This document shows positions 19,896 through 30,316 of a DNA stretch of 64,000 nucleotides, piece after piece (position 1 is the stretch's first letter; each line of letters opens with the position of its first letter). A program made the translations under genes and the position numbers. The DNA is from an uncultured Spirochaetota bacterium (lineage in GTDB: Bacteria; Spirochaetota; Spirochaetia; SZUA-6; Fen-1364). Where the stretch lies: NCBI GenBank assembly GCA_963845535.1, contig CAWJSK010000019.1, positions 416,001 to 480,000 of the forward strand, written 5' to 3'. The notes under the pieces were generated by a model. It was given only the letters and a program-made list of their open reading frames with translations, had not been told where the DNA came from and did no database searches.

Positions 19896-21589
19896 ATGAC
19901 TACCGGAGAGCGCGCGGTGCGGCCTAGTGTGATCCCGGACTCCCGGAAGCAATCTTCTGGGAAGGTCTTCATCGACCTGGGGCTGCTGATCCTTTCGGCC
20001 CTCCTTTTTGCGCTATCCTTTCCAAGCTTCCTCTCAAACGGCGGATGGTTCCCCCTGGGCTTCCTCTGCCTTGCGCCTCTGTTCGCGGTTGTTCACCGTT
20101 CGAGCTGGGCGGCCGTCCCCTTCTACGGCCTGTTTTTCGGATACGTCTCCTACGTGCTTTTCAACTACTGGCTGGGCAGCTTCCATCCGCTCACCCTGGT
20201 CGTGGTGCCTCCCATCTACGCGGCCTATTTCCTGGTCGTCCTGCCCGCGCTCAAGCTTGCGGACAGCCTCTTTCCTTCTTTCGGCTTCATTCTCCAGTCT
20301 GCTCTCTGGGTCTGCTACGAATATTTCCTGAAGTCCAACGGCTTCCTCGCGTATTCCTATGGGAACATAGGCTACTCGCAGTATCCATTCATCCCCTTCA
20401 TCCAGATCGCGGACGCCATGGGCATCTGGGGCGTGTCCCTCATGGTCGTATATCCTTCCGCCCTCATCGGCAACGCGTTTTCCCGAGGTCTGCGGCATTT
20501 CAGAAGCTCATGGAAATCCTGGCTGGCGCCGGCGGCGCTCTACGCGGCGGTGTTTGCCGTGGTCGTTCTCTATGGACTCTTTACACAGGTGGACACCTCG
20601 AAATCCCGCCAGTGGAAGGTCGCTCTCGTGCAGCAGGACGTCGACCCGTGGAGGGGAGGGTACAACGCGTATCGGCAGTCACTGGATGTCCTCCTCAGGC
20701 AGAGCAGGAAAGCCATCACGGAAAACCCAGACATCGTGATCTGGTCGGAGACCTCGTTCGTACCGGCCATCGACTGGCACACCCGCTACCGGCCGGCAAT
20801 GAGACCTACGGGCTGGTCCAGGAGCTGCGCGCTTTCCTCGACACGCAGACGGTTCCCTACGTGGTGGGCAACGATGACGGCGAGCTGCAGCGCGTGGCGG
20901 AGGACAAGGAAATCCGAGTGGACTACAACGCGGCCATCCTTTTCGACAAGGGCCGCATTGTCGACACGTACCGCAAGCTCCACCTCGTGCCGTTCACGGA
21001 GTCTTTCCCGTTCAAGAAGCAGCTACCGGGGATCTATGACTGGCTCGTGAATGCAGACACGCACTTCTGGGAGCAGGGCAAAGCATACACCGTCTTCGAA
21101 GCTGACGGCGTTCGCTTCTCCACGCCCATCTGCTTCGAGGATACATTCGGCTACCTCTGTCGGGGGTTCATCCGCCACGGCGCGCAGGTGCTCGTCAACA
21201 TGACCAACGATGCGTGGTCTTTCTCCGTACCCTGCGCCATGCAGCACATGACCATGGCGGTGTTCCGCGCCGTTGAGAACAGGCGTTCGGTGGTGAGATC
21301 CACCAATGGCGGCATGACCACCATCATCGATCCCAACGGGCGCATTCGGGAGACCCTTGCCCCATTTACCGAGGGCTCCCTGATTGGCAACGTGCCTGTC
21401 TATACGGGCACCACGACGCTCTACACGATGTGGGGGGACTGGTTCCCCTGGTTGCTCCTGGTCCTGAGCGCTGCCGCGTTCGCCTTCGGCATTGGAAGGT
21501 TTCTTGCCCGACGGAAGCCGAAGTCCGGAAGCCGACCCGGACCACGAGCAACCGTTGACAGCCATCATTTTGTAGAGCACAATAAATAA
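19896..21589 (+). CDS. lnt: Apolipoprotein N-acyltransferase (paralog 2), frameshifted near 20789-20797
   Basis: TM region and WSETSF in one frame; KLHLVPFTE and ICFED in the next; one missing base in CCGGCCGGC. Confidence 0.85.
21555..21583 (+). promoter_or_regulatory. Possible internal sigma70 promoter for the response regulator-TPR-bactofilin-cinA block
   Basis: TTGACA-N17-CACAAT. Confidence 0.5.
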
Positions 21590-21601
21590 GGCGAGGACCG
21601 C

Positions 21602-22351
21602 ATGAAACTGAGGGGCAGAATCCTCATTGTCGACGACGAACCAATCAACCTCGAGTTTTTCGACGTCATGTTGAGCAAGCTAGGCTTCCAGATAGAGAAG
21701 GCAGTTGACGGGGAGGAAGCCTTGGAGAAGGTCACGGCCTGCAACCCGGACCTCATCATCCTGGATAATGTCATGCCGAAGCTTTCCGGCTGGGAAGTCA
21801 CTCGCACGCTCAAGCATGACCCGGAGTACCGCCGTTACCGCAACACGCCCATCATCATGTTCTCCGCAATGAACGAGGTCAAAGACAGGATCGAGGGGTT
21901 CGAACAGGGCGTTGATGACTACATCACCAAGCCGTTCAACTTCTCGGAGGTCCTTGCCAGGATTCGCGCGGTGCTCAGGAACCGTGAGCTTTCGCGCCAG
22001 CTCCTGCGCCGGGAAAAGCGAATTGCCGTGGTGGAGTCCCTCAACAACTCGCTCGTGTTCTTTACTCAGCACATCAGGAAGCCCATCTCCGAGCTTCTGG
22101 CGCTGGCGGAGAAGCTTGACGGGAAGGACAGCGCCGAGGTCCAGAAGCTTCTCGGCATGCTTCGCAAGGAGGGACGGGAGATCCTGGCGAGCTTGAGCGG
22201 GCTCGAAGAAGAGGTGGCCGAGCTGAAAGGCAAGGGAGAGAAGCTCAAGCAGGGAGACCTTTCCCTCGGGGACCTGGAAAGGAAGCTCCGCAAGAACCTT
22301 CGCGTGCGCGCCCAGGAACCGGCGAAATCCGCTGAGGAGGAGGACGCGTGA
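21602..22351 (+). CDS. Response regulator receiver with coiled-coil/degenerate DHp-like tail
   Basis: IVDDE, ILDNVMP, DYITKPF; no HTH; TQHIRKPI resembles an H-box. Confidence 0.85.
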   Translation: MKLRGRILIVDDEPINLEFFDVMLSKLGFQIEKAVDGEEALEKVTACNPDLIILDNVMPKLSGWEVTRTLKHDPEYRRYRNTPIIMFSAMNEVKDRIEGFEQGVDDYITKPFNFSEVLARIRAVLRNRELSRQLLRREKRIAVVESLNNSLVFFTQHIRKPISELLALAEKLDGKDSAEVQKLLGMLRKEGREILASLSGLEEEVAELKGKGEKLKQGDLSLGDLERKLRKNLRVRAQEPAKSAEEEDA

Positions 22352-22569
22352 TCGCGGATGACAAGAAGCAGGCAATCGAGCTCTTCGCGGAGGGCAGGAA
22401 GCTGTACAAGCTCATGAAGTTCGCTGATGCGCGTGAGGCGTTTGCGCGCGCGCTCACCGCGTGCCCGCAAGACGGACCGTCGAAGGTCTATTTCACCCGC
22501 TGCGCGTATTACGTCGACAACCCGCCCCCGGAGGACTGGGACGGCGTGTTTGTCATGACGACGAAGTGA
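22348..22569 (+). CDS. Small TPR-like protein
   Basis: Single TPR-like helix pair plus DGPSKVY...PPPEDWDGVFVMTTK; GTGA overlap with the upstream gene. Confidence 0.75.
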   Translation: MIADDKKQAIELFAEGRKLYKLMKFADAREAFARALTACPQDGPSKVYFTRCAYYVDNPPPEDWDGVFVMTTK

Positions 22570-22575
22570 CGAGCC

Positions 22576-22989
22576 ATGGCAAAGAGCGAAGACCACAAGG
22601 CAACGGAACGGATCAGCACCACATTGGGACGTGAGACCGAGTTCAACGGCGTCATGCGGTTTCGCGACTCCCTGAAGGTCGACGGAGCATTCTCGGGGGA
22701 AATCATATCCTCGGGGTTCCTGTACATCGAGCAGGGGGCTTCCATCACCGCGAACATCCGCGTCGGATCAGTCGTCGTGGGCGGCACCGTCCACGGGAAC
22801 ATCGAGGCAACGGAGAAGCTGGAGATGCTCGCAAGCGGCAAAGTCTACGGCAACATCCGCACGGCAAAGCTGAAGATCGCGGACGGCGTTGTTTTCGAGG
22901 GCAAGTGTGAAATGATCAAGAACCCGCAGGCCATCAACATTTTCTCCGGACCGGTGGAACAACTGAAGAAATCTGCCCAGAGTGTGTGA
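22576..22989 (+). CDS. Bactofilin (polymer-forming cytoskeletal protein)
   Basis: Beta-helix repeats (LKVDGAFSGEI, GTVHGNI, GKVYGNI, GVVFEGKC). Confidence 0.9.
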   Translation: MAKSEDHKATERISTTLGRETEFNGVMRFRDSLKVDGAFSGEIISSGFLYIEQGASITANIRVGSVVVGGTVHGNIEATEKLEMLASGKVYGNIRTAKLKIADGVVFEGKCEMIKNPQAINIFSGPVEQLKKSAQSV

Positions 22990-24235
22990 GGGAAAAGCCG
23001 CCGTCGTTCTCTCCGTGGGAACGGAGCTGACCGAAGGCATCATCCAGGACACCCATATTCGTTTTCTCTCCAGCGAGCTGACGTCCCTCGGCTTCACGGT
23101 GTGCCGAGGAGTGCAGATCCCGGACAACCCTCGCCAGTTCACGGAGGAGGTGGAGAGGGCGCTCCATGAGGCGTCGCTCCTCATCCTTACCGGCGGCCTT
23201 GGCCCGACCACGGATGACCTCACCCGGGAGATCGTCGCGCGCGCCGCAGGAGCCCCCTTGGAGTTCCACCGCGAGGTATGGGATTCCATCGTGGAAAGGT
23301 TCAAAGGCCGCAAGGTCTCCGACACCAATCGAAAGCAGGCGGAAGCTCCGCGCGGGTTCCCCTTGCTGCCCAACCCCAACGGGACCGCGCCGGGCTTTTA
23401 CGGGCAGATCGGCGGCGCGCTCGTGGTAGCGCTCCCTGGCCCGCCGTCTGAGCTTCGGCCCATGTTCACCCAGAGCGTCGTCCCCGTCCTTGCCGAGCGG
23501 TTTGGAAGCGCTTCGGCGCGGGATATTCTCTGGGGCACCGCCCTGATGGTGCCGGAGTCAAACCTCGAGGAGGCGCTGCGGACGGCGCGCCAGGGCGGTA
23601 TCAGCTGGGGAACGAGGGTGGACGAGGACCGCATTTCCTTCAGCCTCAGGGGAGGGACGGCGGATGAACGGGAGGCGTGTTTTGCGTCGCTTGCATCCTC
23701 CCTGGGCCCAACGCGGATCAGGCGCGGGGAGACCCGGCCGGCGCAGCTTCTGAGCGACGCGCTCCTTGATCGAATGATCACGGTCGTAACGGCCGAATCC
23801 TGCACCGGCGGCCTCATCGGGAAATACATGACGGACCTGGCCGGCAGCTCGCGCGTCTACTGGGGCGGTTACGTCAGCTACTCGAACGCGGCAAAAGCAG
23901 GCATGATCGGCGTGGACGGGCGGATCCTGGAAAGCTCGGGCGCGGTTTCCGAGGAAGCCGTCACCGCGATGGCGCACGGCGCGTTGTCCCGGTCCGAGGC
24001 GGGGATCAGCATGGCGGTCTCGGGTATTGCCGGTCCGGACGGCGGTTCGGCGGACAAGCCGGTCGGGACGGTGTGGATTGCGGTTGCGCTTCGGAGCGGA
24101 GAAACAGCGGCACGGCTCTTCAACTTTTCAGGCTCCCGCGACATGATCCGTCGAAGAACCGCGGTGGCCGCAATGCTTTTCGCGGAGGCCATGCTCTTGG
24201 GCCGGGGCTTCCTTGACACCCGGACGAAGTGGTAA
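22982..24235 (+). CDS. cinA: CinA (MoCF_biosynth + PncC NMN deamidase)
   Basis: SVGTEL, TGGLGPTTDDLT, AESCTGG, SGIAGPDGG. Confidence 0.92.
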   Translation: MCEGKAAVVLSVGTELTEGIIQDTHIRFLSSELTSLGFTVCRGVQIPDNPRQFTEEVERALHEASLLILTGGLGPTTDDLTREIVARAAGAPLEFHREVWDSIVERFKGRKVSDTNRKQAEAPRGFPLLPNPNGTAPGFYGQIGGALVVALPGPPSELRPMFTQSVVPVLAERFGSASARDILWGTALMVPESNLEEALRTARQGGISWGTRVDEDRISFSLRGGTADEREACFASLASSLGPTRIRRGETRPAQLLSDALLDRMITVVTAESCTGGLIGKYMTDLAGSSRVYWGGYVSYSNAAKAGMIGVDGRILESSGAVSEEAVTAMAHGALSRSEAGISMAVSGIAGPDGGSADKPVGTVWIAVALRSGETAARLFNFSGSRDMIRRRTAVAAMLFAEAMLLGRGFLDTRTKW

Positions 24236-24241
24236 TATATT
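24213..24241 (+). promoter_or_regulatory. Sigma70 promoter of rho
   Basis: TTGACA-N17-TATATT. Confidence 0.7.
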
Positions 24242-24344
24242 AAGCGGTAAAGAGTCTTCACAAGCCACTCAGGCCTGCATGCAACCTAATCAGTAAATCG
24301 CGTTTACATTTGACACGACGGGCCAGGATTTAACGGAGCACCAC

Positions 24345-26054
24345 ATGGGAACGAATGACCACGACAACGAGACGCAACCGCAGCCGGTGGACCACTCGGG
24401 GGAGGTGTCGTTGACGAACGACTCTCTTCTGAACGGAGATGCCGACGAGCAGGGGCAGAACCGGTCTGGTCAGAATCGCGGGGATCAATCCGAGGGATCT
24501 CGGCCCAAGAGGCGCGTGGCACGCAGGAAGATTCGCGTGGAGCTCATCAAGGAGCCTGACCGGGGTGAGGAGGAGAGGGCTGACGGCATGGGGGACGACG
24601 CCGGCGTGGAAGCGTCCCCGGGCCCCGTTGCCGCCGCGGAGGCCGCGCCACAGCAGCCCGCTGGACTGCCTGCCACCGGCAGCGCATATGCGGCCGCTTC
24701 GGCTCCTGCCACCGCGGGCGGAATTGCGGGGGGCGCCGCTTCAGAGGCGGCCGCCCGGGTCTTCACGCAGAGCGACAATCGTCTCCACATCAACGACCTG
24801 AGCCAGATGAGCATGCCTGACCTGCGCGGCCTCGCATCGAAGATGGGCGTGAACCATGAAGCGCTCATCTCCATGAAGAAGCAGGAGATCATTTTCCAGA
24901 TCCTGAAAGCCCACACGGAGAAGGGCGGCGCAATCTACGCCTTCGGCGCGCTGGAGATCCTTCCCGACGGGTACGGGTTCCTGCGGTCTCCCAACTACAG
25001 CTACCTTCCCGGACCGGATGATATCTACATTTCCCCGTCGCAGATCCGCCTGTTCAACCTGAAGACCGGTGACACGGTGGCGGGACAGATCAGGTCCCCC
25101 AAGGAAGGGGAGCGGTTCTTCGCCATGCTGCGCGTGGAGACCGTGAACTTCGATCCGCCGCTGGTGGCCCAGACGAGGATCCCGTTCGACAACCTGACGC
25201 CGCTGTATCCGGATGAGAAGCTCAACCTGGAGACGGTGACGGAGGAGATCTCCACAAGGATCATCAACCTCTTTTGCCCCATCGGCAAAGGGCAGCGCGG
25301 CCTGATCGTCTCCCCGCCAAGAACGGGAAAGACCATCCTCATGCAGAAGATTGCCAACGCCATCACGGCCAACCACCCGGAGGCGTTCGTCATCGTGCTG
25401 CTGATCGACGAGCGGCCCGAAGAGGTCACCGACATGCAGAGGAGCGTCAAGGGTGAGGTGGTTTCCTCCACCTTCGACGAGCAGTCCACGCGGCACGTCC
25501 AGGTGGCGGAAATGGTCATTGAAAAGGCAAAGCGCCTTGTCGAGCACAAGCGCGACGTGGTGATCCTCCTGGACTCCATCACGCGTCTGGCGCGCGCGTA
25601 CAACCAGACCGTGCCCACCTCAGGGAAGATCCTCTCGGGCGGCGTTGACTCCAACGCGCTTCACAAGCCCAAGAGGTTCTTCGGCGCCGCCCGAAACATC
25701 GAGGAGGGCGGGAGCCTCACCATCGTGGCAACGGCCCTGGTGGAGACGGGGAGCCGAATGGACGAGGTCATCTTCGAGGAGTTCAAGGGCACGGGCAACA
25801 TGGAGGTCATCCTGGACCGCAAGCTCTCGGACCGCAGGCTGTTCCCGGCCATCAACATCAAGAAGTCCGGCACCAGGAAAGAGGAGCTCCTCCTCACCGA
25901 GGAGCAGCTTCAGAAGATGTGGGTGCTCCGACGGGTCATCAACCCCATGGAGGACGCGGAGATCATAGAGCTGCTGATTGACAGGATGAAGAAAAGCAAG
26001 AATAATGAGGCTTTCCTGAAATCGATGAATACGTCGTCGGTCACTGATGCCTAA
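24345..26054 (+). CDS. rho: Transcription termination factor Rho with low-complexity N-terminal extension
   Basis: [31 protein letters not shown]. Confidence 0.98.
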   Translation: MGTNDHDNETQPQPVDHSGEVSLTNDSLLNGDADEQGQNRSGQNRGDQSEGSRPKRRVARRKIRVELIKEPDRGEEERADGMGDDAGVEASPGPVAAAEAAPQQPAGLPATGSAYAAASAPATAGGIAGGAASEAAARVFTQSDNRLHINDLSQMSMPDLRGLASKMGVNHEALISMKKQEIIFQILKAHTEKGGAIYAFGALEILPDGYGFLRSPNYSYLPGPDDIYISPSQIRLFNLKTGDTVAGQIRSPKEGERFFAMLRVETVNFDPPLVAQTRIPFDNLTPLYPDEKLNLETVTEEISTRIINLFCPIGKGQRGLIVSPPRTGKTILMQKIANAITANHPEAFVIVLLIDERPEEVTDMQRSVKGEVVSSTFDEQSTRHVQVAEMVIEKAKRLVEHKRDVVILLDSITRLARAYNQTVPTSGKILSGGVDSNALHKPKRFFGAARNIEEGGSLTIVATALVETGSRMDEVIFEEFKGTGNMEVILDRKLSDRRLFPAINIKKSGTRKEELLLTEEQLQKMWVLRRVINPMEDAEIIELLIDRMKKSKNNEAFLKSMNTSSVTDA

Positions 26055-26092
26055 AACGTCAGGAGGCCGTTTCAGAACACGGAGGAACTGAT

Positions 26093-26296
26093 ATGAGAAC
26101 TGACATACATCCCAGATACGAAGTAACCACAATCACGTGCGCATGCGGGAACGTCATCCAGACGAAATCCACGTCGAAGGACATCAAGGTGGAAATCTGC
26201 TCCAAGTGCCACCCGTTCTACACGGGTAAGCAGCACCTGGTGGATACCGCAGGGCGCGTGGAACGCTTCAAGAGGCGCTACAACATCAAGGATTAG
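26093..26296 (+). CDS. rpmE: 50S ribosomal protein L31 (Zn-binding type)
   Basis: [25 protein letters not shown]. Confidence 0.97.
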   Translation: MRTDIHPRYEVTTITCACGNVIQTKSTSKDIKVEICSKCHPFYTGKQHLVDTAGRVERFKRRYNIKD

Positions 26297-26354
26297 AGGT
26301 CCGAAGGCCGAACCGGACTCAGTGGCGAGCGGGGCCGAAAGACCCCGCACGACA

Positions 26355-27101
26355 TCAAGGCCTGAGACCCCGAAGCGAAGCCGCCAGCTCGGTCATTCTC
26401 CGCCAGTGAGACCCGCGCCAGAAAACCCTCCCGCACTCGGGGCAGGTTGCGAAGTCTGAATACTCGCGGGCCACGGCCGGCGGAAGCCGCGCCATGACCT
26501 CGTCTTTGGCTACCCTCTCGAGCTCCACATTGCACTCGACGCATCGGATGCCCAGGCGGACAAGCGCGGAAAGGTCGAACCTGCGCACCACCTCGCCCAC
26601 CTGATCGCGCGGGACCAGGGAACGCACCAGGTAGCCGTGCGTCACGCTGCGCCGCTTCAGGAGCCCGCGGTCGCGGGTGAGAATGATCCGCTTCTCCACC
26701 CTGGCCACGCGGACCAGCTCTTCGTCGTCCATGGCGTTCTTGTAGAACGAATCGAAACCGAACATCCGAAGGAGACGTGCCAGGCGCCCCAGGTGGACGT
26801 CCAGTGCAAAGCGGACCTCGCGCAGCGGAGCGGGGCGCACCCGTGAGAGCGGGCCGATGTCCCAGGACTCGAACTTCGGGTAGACGCTGATCCTTTCCCC
26901 TTGCGCAGGGCGATACGAGAAATCCACCGACTCGCCGTTTGCGAGGACCAGGTCGACCTCCGTGTGCGGCACGCCAAGGTCCTCGATGAGGGCTTTTACC
27001 GTGCAGCCCCGAGGGACGTCGACCTCGAAGGGTCGTTTGCGTTTTTCCAGCGGGAGGAAGGCATTCAGCTCTTCGTAGAAGCGGATGGTCACTGATGCCA
27101 T
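26355..27101 (-). CDS. Mut7-C ubiquitin-like + Mut7-C RNase (PIN/Zn-ribbon) protein
   Basis: RFYEELN...LGVPHTEV, DVHLGRLARLLRMFG, LTRDRGL, RCVECN, CPECGRVFWRGSH. Confidence 0.88.
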   Translation of the reverse strand: MASVTIRFYEELNAFLPLEKRKRPFEVDVPRGCTVKALIEDLGVPHTEVDLVLANGESVDFSYRPAQGERISVYPKFESWDIGPLSRVRPAPLREVRFALDVHLGRLARLLRMFGFDSFYKNAMDDEELVRVARVEKRIILTRDRGLLKRRSVTHGYLVRSLVPRDQVGEVVRRFDLSALVRLGIRCVECNVELERVAKDEVMARLPPAVAREYSDFATCPECGRVFWRGSHWRRMTELAASLRGLRP

Positions 27102-27369
27102 GTCGGTATTGTAGCCCCTGAGTAAAGGTCGGTATTGCAGTAATTGTTTTAAGAAAACTTAACATTGCTGCAATCAAGCCTCAACGAAGCGCGCGTACCT
27201 TTTGATCTGAAGGCATTCGGTGAAACCCAAGACACCGACGCACGGAGGAGGGCATGTGGCGAGATATCGTTGGCAGTTGGAAAAACCCCGCACCTTGGCT
27301 TCAAATGCCGGGAAAAGACACCATGCCGGCGCAAGCAGAGACGCGCAACCCTTGTTTTCCTGTTCCCCC

Positions 27370-27732
27370 ATGACGATCGTTTCGACTGTGGAGGAGTTCC
27401 CTCCGGATCGCCTGGAAGCGATCCTTGCCGACCTGCCGACAGACTCGGGCTACAGGCTGGAGGTCACGCCGCTTCGATATCGCACCAAGCCCCACCTGCG
27501 GGCCCTGTGCGACTGGGCGAACAAGGCGATCAAGGTGCAGGTTCCTCAGCCTTTTCGGCCATTTCGTGAGCGCGTTCCCGTTCTGTTTCGAACGAAGACG
27601 GAAGTCATCCGTTACCTGTACTGCCACGAGTACTATCACTACTACCTCCATGACGTGCTCGGCAGGAAAGGGCTGGCGGAGACGGCGTGCGATCGATTCG
27701 CCCTCGAAAACTTTAGAAGGCGAAAAAGGTGA
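27370..27732 (+). CDS. Hypothetical protein with HExxH motif
   Basis: YLYCHEYYH followed by AETACDRFA (gluzincin-like third ligand); start uncertain (GTG 27256 or ATG 27370). Confidence 0.65.
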   Translation: MTIVSTVEEFPPDRLEAILADLPTDSGYRLEVTPLRYRTKPHLRALCDWANKAIKVQVPQPFRPFRERVPVLFRTKTEVIRYLYCHEYYHYYLHDVLGRKGLAETACDRFALENFRRRKR

Positions 27733-27816
27733 GCATCAAGCTCGGGACGCGAGGAGGGCTCCGATCGACATGTTCACGAGGGATCACTGGGCGCTATATT
27801 TGCGCTGGGAGAGATC

Positions 27817-30246
27817 ATGCCTGAAAATCCTTCAGCCGAGCTTGGAACCGCCCAATACAAAACGATGACCATTGAGGATGCCATCCGAGAGCAGGGATCA
27901 GCCCTCGAGGGTCTCAGCGAGCTCGAGGTCGAGAGGAGGCTGAAGGAATACGGCAGGAATGAAGTCGCCTCCAGAAAGAGAAGTCCGATCCTCGAGTTCT
28001 TGTCCCGGTTCTGGGGACCAATGCCGTGGCTGCTGGAATTGGCTATCGCGCTCGCCGTTTTCCTGGGACATGACCTGGAAGCCGTCATCATTGCCATCCT
28101 GATCGTCACGAATGCGATCATAGGCTACCTGCATTCTCGAAGCTCCCAGAGATCCCTCGAGCTGCTCAAGGAAAAGCTGGCCGTTGATGCCGTGGTGCGC
28201 CGCCAGGGCAGGTGGGCAACCATAAACGCATCCGAGGTCGTGCCGGGAGATGTTGCGGCGGTCCAGATGGGCGACATCGTTCCGGCGGACGCCAAAGTCC
28301 TGAGCGGCGAGCTTTCCGTGGACCAGTCAGCGTTGACGGGCGAATCGCTTCCCGTGGAGGTCGGCCCTTCGGACATTCTGTACTCAAGCTCGGTCGTAAA
28401 GCGCGGAGAGGCTCAGTGCCTTGTGGTCAACACGGGGGGCGGAACCTACTTTGGCAGGACCGCGGAGCTTGTGCAGATTGCCCGACCGAAGTCCCACCAG
28501 GAACAGATCATGCTGTCCGTCGTGAGGTACATGATGTACCTCGGAATCGCGGCGCTCGCAGCGGTTGCCGTAGGTGCTCTTCTTTTGAAAATCGGCGTTT
28601 TGTCGGTTGCCACCTTTGCGGTGATTTTCCTGATGGGCGCTGTGCCCGTGGCCTTGCCGGCGGTTCTCACCATTGTGCAGGCCGTTGGGGCAATGGAGCT
28701 TGTCAAGAAAGGGGTGCTGATCACCCGCCTCGACTCCATGGAAGACGCGGCATCCCTTGACGTGCTCTGTCTGGACAAGACGGGCACGCTGACAATGAAC
28801 CAGCTTTCCGTGACCGAGGTCATTCCCTACGCGGGACATCAGGTGAACGACGTCCTCGCCACCGCGGCTCTCACCGCAAAGGCAGAGAGCAAAGACGGCA
28901 TCGATATCGCGGTTCGAGAGAAAGCCGAGGCAGCGGGCATCAAGAACGCGGAGTACCGCCAGATTTCGGTTACGCCATTCGAGCCTGCCACCAAGCGCTC
29001 AGAGGCCGTCGTTCAGGCGGGAGACAGCCGCTTCCGGGCGGTGAAAGGCGCCCCTCAGGTCGTACTCTCCCTCTCCCGCCTCACGGACAGCGCTGTTGTG
29101 AGGGCTGCCGGGGAAATGGTGGAAGTCCTCTCTCGCAAGGGATCCAGGACTCTGGCGGTGGCAAGGTCCCGCTCCGCGGAGGGGGATGACTTCGAGCTGG
29201 TGGGTCTGCTGGCCCTGGCTGATCCCCCCCGGCCCGACGCGCGGCAGATGATAGCGGAGGCTATGGACCTCGGCGTGAAACCTATCATGGTCACCGGCGA
29301 CAACATCGCAATTGCCCGACAGATGGCCCTTGAATTGGGCATCGGCAACAACGTCATGCGTATGGGGGATCTCGCGGCCTCCCCTGAGCCCGAACAGATG
29401 AGGATTGTACAAGGATGCAGCGGGTTGGCCGAGGTCTATCCGGAGGACAAGTACAAGATCGTAAAACTTCTGCAGGCGCACGGGCACACCTCAGGGATGA
29501 CGGGTGATGGCGTCAACGATGCGCCTGCCCTGAAGCAGGCGGAGGTCGGCATCGCTGTCATGGGAGCCACCAACGTGGCGAAGGCATCCGCGAGCATGGT
29601 CCTCACTGAGCCGGGCATCAGGGTCATCATGAACGCACTTCGGACGAGCAGGCAAATCTATCAGAGGATGCTTACGTGGGTCATCAACAAGGTTACAAAA
29701 ACGATCCAGCTCGTCGGCATTCTGACCATAGGCTTTTTCTGGCTGCACGATCTTGTGATTTCTCTCCTCGGCATGGCCCTTCTGGTGCTCGCCAATGACT
29801 TTGTGACGATGTCGCTCTCTACGGACAACGTGAAGTACACCAGAAACCCAAACGCCTGGAACGTGAGGAATATCACTCTCGCTTCAGCCGGAATTGGGGT
29901 CTTTTTCGTTCTGCAGGGATGGCTCACCATCCTGATTGCCAGGAACCTTCTGCATCTGACCGCAGACGAGCTGCGCAGCTTCGTTCTCCTCATGCTCGTC
30001 TTTACCAGCCAGTTCAGGATTTACCTTGTGCGTGAGAGGCGTCATTTCTGGGATTCCCGGCCGGGCTGGGGGGTCCTGATCTCCTCTGCGGCGGCCATTG
30101 TCGCCTTTTCCCTCCTGGGCATCTTTGGAGGAATCATCCAGAGGCTTGGCTTTTTGCCGGTGCTTTTCCTGGTGGCTTTCTCGGGGCTTTTTACATTCGC
30201 GGTAGAGCTGCCCAAATACTATATTTTCAGGAAACTCGGGCTTTAA
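27817..30246 (+). CDS. P3A-type plasma-membrane proton-efflux ATPase
   Basis: FWGPMPWLLE, DQSALTGES, VPVALPAV, DKTGTLT, GDGVNDAP, IYQRM, LANDF. Confidence 0.92.
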   Translation: MPENPSAELGTAQYKTMTIEDAIREQGSALEGLSELEVERRLKEYGRNEVASRKRSPILEFLSRFWGPMPWLLELAIALAVFLGHDLEAVIIAILIVTNAIIGYLHSRSSQRSLELLKEKLAVDAVVRRQGRWATINASEVVPGDVAAVQMGDIVPADAKVLSGELSVDQSALTGESLPVEVGPSDILYSSSVVKRGEAQCLVVNTGGGTYFGRTAELVQIARPKSHQEQIMLSVVRYMMYLGIAALAAVAVGALLLKIGVLSVATFAVIFLMGAVPVALPAVLTIVQAVGAMELVKKGVLITRLDSMEDAASLDVLCLDKTGTLTMNQLSVTEVIPYAGHQVNDVLATAALTAKAESKDGIDIAVREKAEAAGIKNAEYRQISVTPFEPATKRSEAVVQAGDSRFRAVKGAPQVVLSLSRLTDSAVVRAAGEMVEVLSRKGSRTLAVARSRSAEGDDFELVGLLALADPPRPDARQMIAEAMDLGVKPIMVTGDNIAIARQMALELGIGNNVMRMGDLAASPEPEQMRIVQGCSGLAEVYPEDKYKIVKLLQAHGHTSGMTGDGVNDAPALKQAEVGIAVMGATNVAKASASMVLTEPGIRVIMNALRTSRQIYQRMLTWVINKVTKTIQLVGILTIGFFWLHDLVISLLGMALLVLANDFVTMSLSTDNVKYTRNPNAWNVRNITLASAGIGVFFVLQGWLTILIARNLLHLTADELRSFVLLMLVFTSQFRIYLVRERRHFWDSRPGWGVLISSAAAIVAFSLLGIFGGIIQRLGFLPVLFLVAFSGLFTFAVELPKYYIFRKLGL

Positions 30247-30316
30247 GTCAGCGGTAGTTTCTCATGAGACCGCTCTCGCTCATATCCGACGCGTCTGTTC
30301 GTGGTATAGTCTGACG

